NCBI GenBank assembly: GCA_028821575.1
Contig: JAPPFW010000051.1
Coordinates: forward strand, 15,465-79,464
Source of the DNA: a bacterium
GTDB lineage: Bacteria; Actinomycetota; Acidimicrobiia; Spongiisociales; Spongiisociaceae
Length of the DNA stretch: 64,000 bases
Reading direction: 5' to 3'
Of this stretch, positions 63,755-64,000 are shown in pieces. The first letter of the stretch is position 1; every line of letters starts with the position of its first letter. The translations under genes and the position numbers were made by a program. The notes under the pieces were generated by a model that saw nothing but the letters and a program-made list of their open reading frames with translations, did not search any database and was not told where the DNA came from.

Positions 63755-64000
63755 ATGGAAGACGTCATCCTGCGCGGGTCGCTGCGAGAGGCGATGCAGG
63801 CTCCTCCCACGGTGTACGAGGCGGTGGGAGGCCAGAGATTCTTCGACGATCTCGTCGACCGTTTCTACGACGCCGTGGAGGAAGACCCGCTGCTACGGCC
63901 GATGTACCCGAGGGACATGCGGCCTTCGAGAGCTCGACTGGCCGGCTTCCTGGCCCAGTACTGGGGCGGTCCGCCGCGTTACAGCGAGGAGCGGGGCCAC
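63755..64000 (+). CDS. glbO: group II truncated hemoglobin (partial, runs off window end)
   Basis: VYEAVGGQRFFDDLVDRFYDAVEEDPLLRPMYP...FLAQYWGGPPRYSEERGH closely follows the trHbO pattern. The frame is open to position 64000. It is not in the ORF track because no stop is reached. Confidence 0.8.
   Translation, partial: MEDVILRGSLREAMQAPPTVYEAVGGQRFFDDLVDRFYDAVEEDPLLRPMYPRDMRPSRARLAGFLAQYWGGPPRYSEERGH

Overview
High-GC (about 65%) bacterial chromosomal segment. Strong Shine-Dalgarno sites, several apparently leaderless starts, many 4-nt ATGA/GTGA start-stop overlaps and Thr/Pro/Ala-rich lipoprotein linkers suggest Actinomycetota or Chloroflexota, but taxonomy cannot be fixed from this window. 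From 0 to 46 kb the window is densely packed with catabolic and transport genes. These include a Cox/XDH-type molybdoenzyme M-S-L operon, a five-gene Dpp/Opp-type peptide ABC importer, and a long co-directional cluster of unknown substrate (XRE-cupin regulator, BMP lipoprotein, GcvT-like protein, TPP-dependent E1 alpha/beta with a free-standing lipoyl carrier, MDR reductase, cupin, amidohydrolase, PhyH dioxygenase, deacetylase). The same stretch also carries an amidase/hydrolase/flavin-reductase group, a NicX-like dioxygenase with an amidohydrolase, and a hydroxyproline-type epimerase/ALDH/FAD-oxidase cluster. From 46 to 64 kb the window looks accessory and partly decaying. It holds a NYN-LOTUS protein, a secreted VWA / BNR-propeller / PD40-propeller trio, four toxin-antitoxin loci in the window overall (hicAB x2, phd-vapC, VapB45/VapC45-like) plus a vapC relic, a DprA/SLOG paralog, gene relics from a duplicated block, and three frameshifted genes. 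I found no rRNA, tRNA, CRISPR array, transposase or integrase. The most unusual signal is non-coding. It is a family of intergenic elements built from 7-nt tandem units, including two diverged copies of a 230-250 nt hairpin-closed element. All five begin at or shortly after the stop codon of a co-oriented upstream gene. I cannot match this family to any known RNA or repeat family.
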